Below are positions 61,245-64,000 of a stretch of DNA of 64,000 nt, in pieces (within the stretch, counting starts at the first letter, position 1; each line of letters begins with the position of its first letter). The DNA is from Amphiscolops sp. MND2022 (Eukaryota): NCBI GenBank assembly GCA_964187785.1, contig OZ076418.1, positions 13,392,001-13,456,000 on the forward strand, given 5' to 3'. The position numbers and the translations under genes were made by a program. The notes below the pieces were generated by a model. That model was given only the letters and a program-made list of their open reading frames with translations. It was not told the DNA's origin and ran no database searches.

Positions 61245-62338
61245 TATTTCATGAAAAAAACATGACCCTGTTTGAGAAAAAATGTTCACCTTGCAAAAAT
61301 CCTCCATGAATCCTTCAAAATCTTGTAAGATTTTCCTTGAATTCTTTGAAATTACATTTCAAGGTCCACGCATATATTGCATTCCTTGCTCCCTATCATT
61401 TATTTTTTAAGTAAAAAATGGTAGATTTCTTGCAAAAAAGCGTTTCCTTGGAAGGTGTTACAACGATTACAGTTGATAGTAAGATTCTTTCAAAGAATAC
61501 ATTTATTTGCGAAGACATTCAAAAAATGCATTAAAAGCAAGGGTCTTTTCTGTTTCTTAACCAAGGGATTATTGACAGACAACTTGTTTAACTTAACCAG
61601 CCTACGATTAACGATAGCAGATCAAATAGAGTTGAAAACGAAAAACGGTTTCAATAAGGCTTAATCTATCGCAAAGAAATTCCAGAAGCTCGATTTTCAA
61701 AAATTTTTTAGAAACATTTTTTGGAAATTAATTTCAGTTTGGGAGAGAAATTGCAAGTGCTATTGTTGAGAAATGTCAGTCAATACGGTTTTAGAACGGA
61801 CCTACGATAAGAGTCTCTAAAATTAGATTAAACTGGATTCGAACAGCCTTCATTTCGATACATGAATCTCATGAAACAAATATTACCTATTTCAACCGAT
61901 TTCAGCTGAAAATAATGAGGAAATGAGAAAAATGAAGTGGGTATAAAATCCACGGTAATGGATGATATTTCATAGACCACATACGACCGGGAAAATGTTG
62001 AGAAAATGTTTTCCTTGTGAGGATCTTGCGAGAATCATTCAAGATCTTACAAGATAATGCATTTTGCTGGAAATCCAAGAAGCAATCCTGCAAGAACCTT
62101 GCATCTAACGTTGTTTTCTTTCAAAGTGCATGCTTTTAGGCAGGTTGTTCACTCTGTCCCAGTATACGAGGGGTAAATCTGCAGCTATGCAACTGCACAA
62201 ATCTCGATTTCCCTAACAAATGGGTCAACTGCTACGATGGTAGTGCAGACATTGATCACTACAAAAAACGACTGAGGAAGCCCAATTATGTGTATGAACG
62301 GTTAGTATTGTACAAAAATCTGAATTCCAGGACTGCTG

Positions 62339-62460
62339 CCAAGGATTCCCAAAGACTGGTAAGGACTTGTCAAGTTCTGGACCAGTCCTTACATGTGCTG
62401 CCACTTTTAGCCTTACAAGTCCTAGACCAGTTTAGCCTTGCCAGTCCTGGGGAATCTTGG
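62339..62460. repeat. Imperfect inverted repeat, possible small MITE
   Basis: ccaaggattcccaaagactggtaagg ... ccttgccagtcctggggaatcttgg. Confidence 0.45.
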
Positions 62461-63859
62461 AGATACGTTTATAAGGGCTTATATCAGGGTTTATAAGGGC
62501 CAAATAGGTGCTATATTGCTATATATAGTTGGAATAACTGTAACTGGGGGAGGAAGACGTTTTTTTCAGTATGTTACCTTAGGAATATATTCTACTCACA
62601 CTTTTTCAATACATCATCACTGGGAGGGGGTTTGCAAAAGTTACTAGGTTACATACGGTTACAATTAGTTCACAATTCACTCCTGCGAATTTTTGTGGTT
62701 TCCTGCGTGAAAAATTCCGATTTCAGCGGTAAAGTTTGACAATTTATCTAATTTTTGATTGGTTAATGCTTACAATGCCACAATGCCTGAAAGTGGAGAA
62801 AGCCGCTATATGTTCACACGCCGCCAACTATGCAAAGTCAGAAATCTGAATTTTGTTGACATTTTCCGATTTTAGGCAATAATACTTTACTTTATTCCTT
62901 TGTTTTTACGTTAGGCTACCAAAAAGTTACAATTTGAAAATCGTTAAGCTACAATTTGATCGTCCTAATTATCACTGAGAACCGGAAACGTGGATATCTT
63001 TGATATCTTTGGTTTTTGCATCAATGCAAGTAGATTTATTTGGAAATTAAATATGCCAAAGTGAAAAGCTTTGGATTGCCAAAAACTGCGACAAAAGAAC
63101 CCTCAACGCAGAAAAAATAAACACACGAAAAATCGTGTAATTTATGCATTTCATTTCTTGCAACAATCACGAATTTGTTACAATAAAATCATTACCAACC
63201 ATTATTAATCCCATATTGGAGATTCAAATTTGGGATTGGTGTGACCAAAATTCATCTGAAAAAAACATTTGCGGATTAAATGGAGTATCTATTTTGGTAG
63301 TTAAGTTTAATCTGAAACCCAGAGCCTTCAATTGACTATTTTCCAAATGATTCAGATGAATTTTTTCGGAGGCTTCAAAACTCGACAATCTTTGGTTTTT
63401 TCCCAAACCTTTTTTCAAAAATGCCGATGCCAATAAAATCTACTTCACAGTGGAAAATTCAATGAAGAAAATTGCAACGTTTAGTAAAAAAGAGTGCGAT
63501 CCGGAGCTAGGTAGATATTTAGTCCTAAACAGAATCCTAAGCATCATTTTTCATCTGAAAATCGTTTCCTAGGGGACTTTTCTTACATCGAGGAAGCTCC
63601 TCATTTTGGAGTTCCAGAGAGACCTACCGGCACACTCCAAGCCCGGACAATTTCCAAACGTTCCTGAAAATTCCCACATACTTCCGAGACTTCTAAATAG
63701 GTATAAAGCAAAAATTTTGTTTCAGAACCCTCGATAAAAATGGAAATTTGCATCACAAGAGAGACTTGTTTGCCAGATACATTCAGTGCTATCACAACAA
63801 GTACAGAGAAGAAATTGGACTGAAACCTCTCAACTGGAGACATTCACTAGGTTAGACCA

Positions 63860-64000
63860 CATCACTGGTGATCGAAAATCATCAATGGGCATCACTGATG
63901 ATCAATGGACATCACTGATCATTGAAAATCATCAATGGACATCACTGATGATCAATGAACATCACTGATGATCAATGGACATCACTGATGATCAATGGAC
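63860..64000. repeat. 20-bp minisatellite (catcactgatgatcaatgga) running off the window end
   Basis: About 7 degenerate units. Confidence 0.9.

Noticed and set aside
63860-64000. CRISPR-like array
   Set aside because: Contiguous 20-bp units without unique spacers, no cas genes, and a eukaryotic context.

Overview
Eukaryotic, AT-rich, repeat-dominated DNA with no prokaryotic features. Bases 1-39846 are a head-to-tail array of at least four near-identical copies (about 99% identical by eye; two complete, two partial) of a ~14.6-kb Ty3/Gypsy LTR retrotransposon. Each copy carries gag with two CCHC knuckles, a -1 slippery site (A AAA AAC TAG) and pol (PR, dUTPase-like, RT, RH, INT). The main discovery is accessory cargo between pol and the next gag. 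On the minus strand, several ORF-track fragments join through four short GT-AG introns (87, 67, 68 and 71 nt, in frame, with branch-point-like motifs, present in all three copies) into one ~1318-aa gene. It has a long disordered N-terminus, an NLS, a BED-like C2H2 finger and a body following hAT-transposase motif order without recognisable DDE residues. A divergently oriented, intronless sense ORF of ~275-331 aa follows it. A 24-nt motif, GGACC-N3-GGTCN-N4-GACGGCA, recurs in both gag and the pol tail. No canonical tRNA PBS is visible. Every copy has its own disabling lesions, and the array ends abruptly inside gag at 39846. Bases 39847-64000 hold Helentron/HINE-like non-autonomous repeats (some with a tRNA-like segment), a degraded LINE, an internally deleted Gypsy element with LTRs, PBS, PPT and TSD, a TA-flanked MITE, several tandem repeats and a candidate Cys-rich peptide ORF. 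All calls were made by eye and no database searches were run.
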